64,000 nt of DNA from NCBI GenBank assembly GCA_036732145.1, contig DAINCY010000005.1:443-64442 (forward strand). Direction: 5' to 3'. Position 1 is the stretch's first letter, and the number at the start of each line of letters is the position of its first letter. A program made the position numbers and the translations under genes. The notes under the pieces are model-generated. The model was not told where the DNA came from. It saw nothing but the letters and a program-made list of their open reading frames with translations, and ran no database searches. Positions 21,202-28,677 of the stretch are shown here, in pieces. Source of the DNA: Candidatus Dormiibacterota bacterium. Its GTDB lineage: Bacteria > Chloroflexota > Dormibacteria > Aeolococcales > Aeolococcaceae.

Positions 21202-21744
21202 ATGGCCCGCGGTGGCCGCCCGGCCGCCGCAGCGCAGGGACCAATCGTGAAGACAGAACCCGACGCGTGCCGGATGGCTGCGTGGATGGCCCTTCTCGAC
21301 GCGCACAGCCGCCTCACGGGCCGGCTCGAGGCGGAATTGGAGCGCGGTCACGGGCTCAGCCTTGCCCAGTACGAGGTGCTCTTCCGTCTCAATGCATCGC
21401 CCGAGCATCGCCTGCGCCTCAACGAGCTCACGTCGCACACCCGCATGACCAAGAGCGGCGTGAGCCGTCTGGTGGATCGTATGCACCGGAGCGGACTGGT
21501 CGGCACCGAGCGGTGCCCGTCCGACCGTCGCGGCGCCTACGCGGTGCTCACTCCAGAGGGACAAACGGTGTTTCGTCGCGCCGCCGCGCTGCACCTCCGC
21601 GGCGTGCAGGACCACTTCGGACGCCATCTCGATGACGGCGAGGCGGCGGCCGTGCGCGGCGCCCTTGAACGCGTCCGTGACGCTCTCGGCGTTCCGGAGT
21701 GCCGCTCGGCGGCCGTCCCCGAAGGAAGCCGGGTCAGCGGCTGA
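21202..21744 (+). CDS. MarR family transcriptional regulator
   Basis: Winged-HTH core (LSLAQYEVLFRLNASPEHRLRLNELTSHTRMTKSGVSRLVDRMHRSGLVGTERCPSDRRGAYAVLTPEG). This is only the last 180 codons of track ORF 20116..21744. GTG 21247 or ATG 21274 are alternative starts. Confidence 0.85.
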   Translation: MARGGRPAAAAQGPIVKTEPDACRMAAWMALLDAHSRLTGRLEAELERGHGLSLAQYEVLFRLNASPEHRLRLNELTSHTRMTKSGVSRLVDRMHRSGLVGTERCPSDRRGAYAVLTPEGQTVFRRAAALHLRGVQDHFGRHLDDGEAAAVRGALERVRDALGVPECRSAAVPEGSRVSG

Positions 21745-22792
21745 GGACCAGATCTGACGCGCCGGCTCCGGCGAGCAGGGTCCCGCAGCGCGGGCAGAAT
21801 CTCGCCGCCTCCAGCCGCCGTCCGCAGTGACGGCATTGGACCTCGCGCAACCCCAGCGCTGACCCTTCGTCGAGAACGGCGGCGTGGATCAGCAAGCGGA
21901 TCGCGATCAGGACACCACCCACCACGACAGCCTGCCAGAGCAGCACGAACAGGGGGCTGAGCCCGGCGTCGTCGAGCACCTCGCTCCCGGCCGCAAAGGC
22001 GATGTCCGCGATCACCGCGAGCGGCAGCCCCGCCGCCCGCAACGCCGCAGCGTGCCCCCCTCGTCGGCGCCACAGCGAAGCGGCAACCAGCCCGCTGCAC
22101 GATCCATGCAAGAGCGGAATGAGCAGCGCCGCGCTGAACAGCGTGAACACCCAGTTGGCCGGGTCCACACGGAGCGCCGCCCCGCCGAGCGCACCGGAGA
22201 TGTTGACCAGGGTCTGGGCGAGTGCGTACCCGGCTCCGGCAGCGACGCCGAAGACCAACCCGTCGAGAGTGTTCGGGAACCGCGTGCGCAGCAAAAGGAG
22301 GGCGATCGCGGGCTTGAGCAGCTCGGCGACCACCGCGATCCCCGCGGCGAGGAGGATCACACCCCCGGCCCCCAGGCCCTTGCCAAGGGCATCGCCGGCG
22401 GCGGTCACGGCCACCCCGACAACGGCGCCGGCGGCAACGGTTCCGAGCAGCACGAGCATGGGGGCGTCGGCGTAGACGTCCGCCTCACGCAGGTAGGAGA
22501 TGTAGAGCGCCGGCACAAGGAGGGCGGCCGCCAAGATCGCTGGGACGACGAGCCCTGTGACGGCGAGCAGGGCGACGAGCGCGACGCCCAGGATCAGGCC
22601 CCATCGGAAGAGGTGGGTGCGTTCGTGGGCGAGCCGCGGCATCAGGGTCGAGAGCACACTCGGCGTCGCCACGGGCTCGCCGGGGTGCAGCGCGTAGTGA
22701 TGAAGGCGCAGAGGTCCCTTCACGCGGTGGGCCCCGCAGCGGGTGCAGAACTCGCCGTCGGGCACCTCGGCACCGCAGTGCGAACAGGTCAC
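21734..22792 (-). CDS. PrsW-like polytopic membrane protein flanked by N- and C-terminal zinc ribbons
   Basis: The N-terminus has CSHCG-x10-CTRCG and the C-terminus has CRHCG-x9-CPRCG. About 8 hydrophobic helices lie between them, including an AELLKP segment reminiscent of PrsW proteases. The start was set to GTG 22792 to avoid overlap with the next gene. ATG 22915 is an alternative. Confidence 0.55.
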   Translation of the reverse strand: MTCSHCGAEVPDGEFCTRCGAHRVKGPLRLHHYALHPGEPVATPSVLSTLMPRLAHERTHLFRWGLILGVALVALLAVTGLVVPAILAAALLVPALYISYLREADVYADAPMLVLLGTVAAGAVVGVAVTAAGDALGKGLGAGGVILLAAGIAVVAELLKPAIALLLLRTRFPNTLDGLVFGVAAGAGYALAQTLVNISGALGGAALRVDPANWVFTLFSAALLIPLLHGSCSGLVAASLWRRRGGHAAALRAAGLPLAVIADIAFAAGSEVLDDAGLSPLFVLLWQAVVVGGVLIAIRLLIHAAVLDEGSALGLREVQCRHCGRRLEAARFCPRCGTLLAGAGASDLVLSR

Positions 22793-22872
22793 GGGCCGAA
22801 TACTACGTCGCCCCCTGGAGTGCGACGCGCCCGGCGGCGACCCCGGGCGGTCCGCAGCATCCCGCGCCGCCG

Positions 22873-24165
22873 TCAGCCGGCGATCGCCATCACCTCGTTG
22901 TCGCTGTAGCCGCACGGGGTGGCGGCGGTGCCATCAGGCCGCGTCAGCCGCGCGTAGATCGCCGCCATCCTGTCCACCGCTCGAGCCCAGGTGAACGTCG
23001 CGGCACGCGAACGCGCCGCCTCGCCCATCCGCTCTCTCAGCACAGCGTCATCGAGGAGTGACGCAATCGCCTCGGCGAATGCCTGTGGACGGCGGTCGGC
23101 GACCAGGATGCCCGTCTCGCCGTCGGCGATGATCTCGGTGAGGCCACCCACGGCACTGGCGACCACCGGGGTCCCGAGCGCCTGCGCCTCGAGGGCAACG
23201 AGGCCGAAGGTTTCCGTGCGCGACGGCACCACGCAGATGTCGGCGAGCGCGTAGTAGTCGGCCAGGTCCTCGTGCTCGATGGCGCCCAGGAAGCGCACGC
23301 GCGCTTGCAGCCCGTGGCCGCCCGCCACCGCCTCCAGGCGGCGGCGCTCGCCGCCCGCGGCGGACCCGTCACCGCTGTCCTCGCCGATGACCAGGGTGAT
23401 GACGTCGTCGAATCGTTCCTCCTCGCAGAGCTGGGCCACGGCCCCCAGAAGCGTCTCGGCCCCCTTGAGCGGTTCGAGCCGGCCCGCGAACAGCAGGACC
23501 CGGTGACCGTCGAGGGCGAGCTCGTCACGGAGGGCTCCACCGTCCCTGGGATGGAGGACCCGCAGGTCGACGCCCGGCTGCGCGACGCAGATTCGAGTGC
23601 GCGACGCGCCGTACAGCCGCATCAGGTCCTTGGCCTCCGCGACGCTCCCGCTCACCAGCCGGTCGGCGGCGGCCACCAGGCGAGCCTCGGCTGCCGAGCG
23701 CCGGGCGTCCATCGGCAGCCCGGCCCGCTCCTTGGCGCGCGCCAGCGTGTGGAAGGACTGCACCCACGGGATTCGCCACAGCTCGCGCAGCTGCTGGGCC
23801 ACCAAGCCCCCGAGCCAGTAGTGTCCGTGAACGATCACGTACTGGCGCCGCTCACTGGCGGCGTGGGCGGCGACGGCTCGGCTGAATGCATCGACGTAGC
23901 CGACCAGGTCTTGCTTGGGCAGCGCTCGGGGCGGCCCCACCGGCAGCCGGACCAGCCGGCTCATGGGCGCGATCATCTCTTCGGCGGGAGACCAAGGGTC
24001 ATCGCGGCGCACGAAGACATCGGTGGGGATACCCGACTCCGCCAATCCCTCGCACAGTCTGCGGACAGCGAGGTTGCCGCCCCCGTTCTCGCCACGGCCC
24101 AGCGCTGCCAGCGGCGAGGCGTGCATGCTGATGACCGCAACCGGACCGGAGACGGCGCGTGACAT
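22873..24165 (-). CDS. GT4 family glycosyltransferase, MshA-like (D-inositol-3-phosphate glycosyltransferase-like)
   Basis: 430 aa. It is collinear with my recollection of actinobacterial MshA (ISMHASPL..., HGHYWLGG, LWRIPWVQSFHTLA, PSRTETFGLVALEAQALGTPVVA, E-x7-E region). Confidence 0.7.
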   Translation of the reverse strand: MSRAVSGPVAVISMHASPLAALGRGENGGGNLAVRRLCEGLAESGIPTDVFVRRDDPWSPAEEMIAPMSRLVRLPVGPPRALPKQDLVGYVDAFSRAVAAHAASERRQYVIVHGHYWLGGLVAQQLRELWRIPWVQSFHTLARAKERAGLPMDARRSAAEARLVAAADRLVSGSVAEAKDLMRLYGASRTRICVAQPGVDLRVLHPRDGGALRDELALDGHRVLLFAGRLEPLKGAETLLGAVAQLCEEERFDDVITLVIGEDSGDGSAAGGERRRLEAVAGGHGLQARVRFLGAIEHEDLADYYALADICVVPSRTETFGLVALEAQALGTPVVASAVGGLTEIIADGETGILVADRRPQAFAEAIASLLDDAVLRERMGEAARSRAATFTWARAVDRMAAIYARLTRPDGTAATPCGYSDNEVMAIAG

Positions 24166-24237
24166 GCGACCAGTCTACCCGCAGTCCTCGAGTCCGAACC
24201 CGGCTGCTACCTTTGAGCGGCTACTGGAGGAACCTCA

Positions 24238-25017
24238 ATGGCCCAGGCCATCGCGCCACACACGGCGCGGGTCGAGACGATCACCTACGGCAACTTCCGC
24301 TCGATCATCACTGGAGAGGATCCGACGTGGCAGATCGGGGGTTTCAGCCTTCCTGACGGGACAAAGTGGAAGTACCGTGAGCCCAACGCGACGGTCATCG
24401 TCGAGCACACCAAGCTGCGCGTCCGGGCCAGTCCCCTGTCGCGCTCGCACGACCGCATCCAGGTGCTGGACAACGCCAAGCACATGTACTTCTCGACCAC
24501 CAGGTTCACGCCCCCAGACGACGGCACCATCAGTGTTGAGCTGAGCATTGCCGGCCGGCGCCACAACGGCCACCCCGGTGACCTCTACGACGGCATGGCC
24601 ACCGTCAACGTGCTGGACTTCAACACCGGCGCAGCGATCGACTTCTTCGCCAGCAACGACAAGCTGGCCACCGTTTACGGTCGGGTGCTCTTTCCCGGCG
24701 TCGTCGCCGATCCACCGGCTGATGTGAACCGGCCCACGTACTTCTGCATCTTCAACGAGCTGCCGGTGGCGACCAAGCCGGGACAGACACATCTGTACAG
24801 GATCACCTACGACAAGGCCAACGACGAGCTCTGGTGGTTCATCGACGGCGAGGAGGTGGACCACCACCGCGAGGTGCCGTTCAAGATGGAGTCGTTCCTG
24901 GTCGCGCTGGGACTCATGACCGAGAAGCCCATCGACGAGGACCGCAGCATCAGTCTGCACGGCCAGGGGCTCACGGGCGAATGGAGTCCATTGACGATCA
25001 CGATCGAGCATCGCTAG
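24238..25017 (+). CDS. conserved hypothetical protein (possibly DUF6081-like)
   Basis: 259-aa ORF with a strong SD (GGAGGA 6 nt before the ATG) and host-like codon bias. I recognise no catalytic motif. The family assignment is from memory only. Confidence 0.6.
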   Translation: MAQAIAPHTARVETITYGNFRSIITGEDPTWQIGGFSLPDGTKWKYREPNATVIVEHTKLRVRASPLSRSHDRIQVLDNAKHMYFSTTRFTPPDDGTISVELSIAGRRHNGHPGDLYDGMATVNVLDFNTGAAIDFFASNDKLATVYGRVLFPGVVADPPADVNRPTYFCIFNELPVATKPGQTHLYRITYDKANDELWWFIDGEEVDHHREVPFKMESFLVALGLMTEKPIDEDRSISLHGQGLTGEWSPLTITIEHR

Positions 25018-25414
25018 ACCGCATCTCGGGTCCACCGCCACCGCATGGGGGCGTGGTTTCGAAAGCGCCTCGACGAGGGACGCTTGGACTGTGCCGACCT
25101 GGCACTCATAGGAACTGGACCATGGAACCACTGACCCCCCTCGCCCGTCTCGCCGAGGCGCTGCCACCGGATTGGAAGTGGGTCGCCCTCTTCGCCCCGC
25201 CATCAGACCACCAGGTGGAGTGGCGGACCTGGCTGGCACAGGCACAGCAGGCCGAGCAGGCGGCGACACTCCGCTACTGGTCTTCGCGCGTCGACCGGGC
25301 GGCCTGACACCCCAGGTGGACACGCGGTGACCGAGTCCGCGGCAAGGTAGAGGTGACCATCACCGTCCTCTGACGGAATTAGCGCTCGGCGACGTGTCCT
25401 CCGCCTCACCGGCT

Positions 25415-25590
25415 CACCTGGAGGTGTGCGACACTCCTCGAACCGCGCTCCGGCGACAGGGAATCCGGTGGAAATCCGGAGCTGTCGCGCAACTGTCAAC
25501 GGGGAGCAGCCGGCCACCGGTCACTGGGACGAAGGTCCTGGGAAGACGGTCGAGCTGCACTGATCCGTGAGCCAGGAGACCTCCGTCGGA
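25415..25590 (+). promoter_or_regulatory. cobalamin (AdoCbl) riboswitch aptamer (boundaries approximate)
   Basis: Contains the conserved core AGGGAAtCCGGTGgAAaTCCGGaGCTGtCgCGCAACTGTcA. It also has the B12-box region GGTCACTGGGacgaaggtcCTGGGAAGAC and the 3' GAGCCAGGAGACCTCC, which can pair with 5' GGAGGT (P1). A downstream CCTCAC (25631-25636) can pair with GTGAGG in the SD (25673-25678). Confidence 0.85.
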
Positions 25591-25689
25591 GCGGAACCAC
25601 TGCAAGCCCGCGCGAAACGGGAGGTGGGTCCCTCACGCGGCGAGGGCCTCATCGTCGCGGGATTTCCGCGCCGTGAGGAGGAACCCTCG

Positions 25690-26907
25690 ATGCGACGCCA
25701 GATTGCAGCGGTCGGCGCGACTCTGACCGCCAGCGGCCTCATCCTCGGAACCGCCGGCCTCGTGGCCTTGGCGGCGACCCCCCAGACATCGCAGGCCAAT
25801 GCGGCCCTGCGGTACCTCTACTCGCAGACGCGCACCGACGGGAGCGTGGCGGGAACGCTGGGCGCCACCGAAGACACGGTGATCAGCGCGGCCGACAACG
25901 GCTACGACCCCGGCACTTTGCAGAGTTCCTCGTCGGGAACAACGGCGTACGACTACCTCAGCAGCCACGCATCCACGATCACCACCGCGGGTGGTGCGGC
26001 GAAGTACGTCCTCGCCTGGCTCGCCGCGGGGAAGCCGTCCGCCATCGACGGCACCGCGCTGCTGACCAAGCTGAACACCTCGACCAGCGCGGACGGGTAC
26101 CTGCGGCCCAACGGGGTCTTCCACAACGCGGATCCGACCGTTGAGACAGCCAACTCGTACTCGCAATCGCTGGCCGTGCTCGCTGATCTCGCGGCCGGAC
26201 ATGCCCTCCCATCGCATGCGACAAGATGGCTCAGCTGCGCGCAGCGACCCGACGGCGGCTTCGGTTACGCCATCAACGACGCCACCAGCGCTCCTCCCGC
26301 CTTCTGTGGCGACACCTCGAGCGATACCAACGACACGGCCATCATCCTGGAAGCGCTGGGTACGGCGGGGATCGCCTCGGCCAACAGCACCGCCGAGACC
26401 TACCTGCATTCCGCGCAGCAGCCAAACGGCGGCTTCGGTTTCAGCGCGGCCGGTCCGAGTGATCCTGACAGCGACGCCGGCGTCATCCAGGCGCTGGTCG
26501 CCAGCGGCCAGGACCCCACAGGCGCCCCATGGACGGTGGGCGGGGGCGGCAACCCGATGACCGATATGGAGTCATTCGCAGACCCACACGGCAGCGGAGG
26601 CTATGTGTTCCCCGGGAACACGAGCCCCGATGTCTTCACCACCAGTGGCGTTCCGCAGGCGTTGGCGCTCAAGCCCTACGCTGCAGCGACAACCATCGCC
26701 GCGGGTACCTCACCGCCCCCCGCCATCACGGCAACGCCGTCGCCGTCGCCGACGCCGACAGGCTCGGTTCTCGGCGTCACTGTCCCTGCGACAGGGGTGA
26801 ATGGCGAGGGGGTGGGAAGCTCAGCTCTGGGCGTCCTGTTGCTGGCGTTGGGCGGTCTCGCCCTGGGTGCCGCGTGCTTCCGAAGGCGAACTCCATCCGC
26901 TCCATGA
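25690..26907 (+). CDS. secreted, wall-anchored alpha/alpha-toroid (prenyltransferase / terpene-cyclase-like repeat) protein; candidate cobalamin-capture protein
   Basis: SD GAGGAGG sits 8 nt before ATG 25690 (track ORF 25567.. trimmed). It has a signal peptide (MRRQIAAVGATLTASGLILGTAG...). Recurrent xxDGGFG-type repeats are present (RPDGGFGYAIND, QPNGGFGFSAAG, SADGYLRPNG, PHGSGGYVFPG). The C-terminus has VPATG, a hydrophobic helix and an RRR tail. Confidence 0.7.
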   Translation: MRRQIAAVGATLTASGLILGTAGLVALAATPQTSQANAALRYLYSQTRTDGSVAGTLGATEDTVISAADNGYDPGTLQSSSSGTTAYDYLSSHASTITTAGGAAKYVLAWLAAGKPSAIDGTALLTKLNTSTSADGYLRPNGVFHNADPTVETANSYSQSLAVLADLAAGHALPSHATRWLSCAQRPDGGFGYAINDATSAPPAFCGDTSSDTNDTAIILEALGTAGIASANSTAETYLHSAQQPNGGFGFSAAGPSDPDSDAGVIQALVASGQDPTGAPWTVGGGGNPMTDMESFADPHGSGGYVFPGNTSPDVFTTSGVPQALALKPYAAATTIAAGTSPPPAITATPSPSPTPTGSVLGVTVPATGVNGEGVGSSALGVLLLALGGLALGAACFRRRTPSAP

Positions 26908-27761
26908 GGACCAACGGCCGTCCTTCCTCCCGACCATTCATTCGCCTCCTGGCAATCGCCCCAGTGCTGGCCTCATTCACCGTCATCGCCTCGGCGACCA
27001 AGCTCGGCCCGTCCCTTGGCGGATGCGCACAGGCCTCGTCGTTGCACCACGTCGCGCTCGTTGTTGAACATGGCACCGGAGCGGTCGTCACCAGGTGCGT
27101 CTCGTTCACTGAGGACTCGATCACCGGCGACCAACTGCTCGCTCGCAGCCAGCTTCAGTACGCGACCGCCGTCTACGGCGGGATCGGAAACGCGGTCTGC
27201 CAGATCGACGGCGAGCCGGCGCAATATCCGCCCGGCTGCTGGACGGCCAGCAGCCGCTATTGGGCGACGTTCGACAGCCGCGGTGGCGGGTCCTGGGCGT
27301 TCTCCAGCCTCGGCATCTCGTCGCAGACGCTCCGCGACGGCGACGCTGAGGGCTTCCGGTACGAAGGCCAGAGCGATTACTCCGTCCCACCATCCCCTCA
27401 GGGGGTGTGTCCGCTGGCGACGTCGCCCACCCCTGCGCCGGTGACGACGGCGAGGCCGGCCCCGAGCGGCGCGACCACCCACCCATCTCGACCGTCGTCC
27501 ACCCTCTCATCAGGCACGCCCACGGCGACCGCTGCCGCTCCGTCGGCCGACGCGGGTCAGCCCTCGTCCGCAAGCCCAAGCAGCAGCGCCACGGTCAGAG
27601 CGACGGTCGCGACACGCAGCACCACGCCGCCTTCGCAGCCTCCCCTGTTGAGCACCGGCGCCTGGGCGGCATCCGGTCTTGCGACTGTGCTGCTTGTGCT
27701 CGTCGCCGTTCAGCTCGTCCGACCCCGGCGTCGCCCGCCGCCACCGCGGTCGCAGCCGTGA
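26904..27761 (+). CDS. secreted, wall-anchored DUF4430-like (transcobalamin beta-domain-like) protein
   Basis: ATGA overlap with the previous gene (track ORF 26529.. trimmed to ATG 26904). It has a signal peptide and a globular segment (YGGIGNAVCQIDGEP...YWATFDSRGGGSWAFSSLGISSQTLRDGDAEGFRY). A P/S/T-rich linker follows, then LLSTG, a hydrophobic helix and an RPRRR tail. Confidence 0.6.
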   Translation: MRTNGRPSSRPFIRLLAIAPVLASFTVIASATKLGPSLGGCAQASSLHHVALVVEHGTGAVVTRCVSFTEDSITGDQLLARSQLQYATAVYGGIGNAVCQIDGEPAQYPPGCWTASSRYWATFDSRGGGSWAFSSLGISSQTLRDGDAEGFRYEGQSDYSVPPSPQGVCPLATSPTPAPVTTARPAPSGATTHPSRPSSTLSSGTPTATAAAPSADAGQPSSASPSSSATVRATVATRSTTPPSQPPLLSTGAWAASGLATVLLVLVAVQLVRPRRRPPPPRSQP

Positions 27762-27849
27762 ACCACAGGCCCTACACGCAATTGTCTCGGCGCCGCGCCA
27801 GGGACAGTCTGCGCCGAGCTCCGGCCAGGCTGAGGGGCCTCGGCGAGCG

Positions 27850-28677
27850 ATGACGTCGCCACCATTTGCCGCCTGGTCCGCTGCTGCACTGGTCGTGGTG
27901 CTCACCAGCACAAACCCTGTGTACCGCCTGCTCGCTCTGCTCGTCGCCCTCAACGTGCTTCTCGCGTTGCGCCGACCTGACGCGCGGTTGCGTCCGCTGT
28001 TCATCGCGGTCGGTGTCGCCGCCTTACTCGCCGCCCTGCTCAACACCGCGCTCAGCCACACCGGCATGCACGTCCTGTTCAGCGTGCCAGACCAGCTTCC
28101 CGGGATCGGCGGTCCAGTCACGGCCGAATCGGTGCTGTACGGGGCCGACGTCGCGCTCGGCATCGCTGCCGCGGTTCTGGCGATCGCGCCACTCAGCCGC
28201 GTCCTGCACCCGCACGACCTGATCGACGCCTTCCCCGGGCCGCTGCAGCGCACCGCAGCGCTCACCGGTGCGGCGCTCAACCTCGTTCCAGCGGTGGCGC
28301 GCAACGCCGTCGCCATCAACGAGGCACAGCGCATGCGCGGCTCCAGCGGCGCTCGCCTGCGGGATTGGCACGCCGTCGCCGCGCCGGTGGTGCTCTCCGC
28401 GCTCGACGACTCCCTGCAGCTTGCCGAGGCGATGGACGCACGCGGCTTCGGCAGCCGGACGCGCACCCACTACCTCACAACCCGGGTCGGGCCCTCGGGC
28501 GTGGCAGTGATCGCGTGCGCGATCGCCGCGCTGGCGCTCACGATCGTGGCCCGGGTCTCTGGCTCTCTGCCCGATTGGTATCCGTTCCCTGTCGCCACCA
28601 TCCCCACCGTCGCCGTGATGCCGGTGGTGGCATGCCTGCTCCTATGCGCTCCGCTGGTGGCATGGCACCGCTCGTAG
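27850..28677 (+). CDS. ecfT: ECF transporter transmembrane (T) component, CbiQ/EcfT family
   Basis: Polytopic protein with the two characteristic A-x3-RG coupling motifs (NEAQRMRGSSG, AEAMDARGFG). The track ORF 27679.. was trimmed to ATG 27850. Confidence 0.85.
   Translation: MTSPPFAAWSAAALVVVLTSTNPVYRLLALLVALNVLLALRRPDARLRPLFIAVGVAALLAALLNTALSHTGMHVLFSVPDQLPGIGGPVTAESVLYGADVALGIAAAVLAIAPLSRVLHPHDLIDAFPGPLQRTAALTGAALNLVPAVARNAVAINEAQRMRGSSGARLRDWHAVAAPVVLSALDDSLQLAEAMDARGFGSRTRTHYLTTRVGPSGVAVIACAIAALALTIVARVSGSLPDWYPFPVATIPTVAVMPVVACLLLCAPLVAWHRS

Noticed and set aside
24235-25323. 362-aa minus-strand ORF
   Set aside because: It is antisense to the 259-aa plus-strand gene, which has a strong SD and a balanced composition. 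The minus-frame product is Arg/Gly/Val/Asp-rich.
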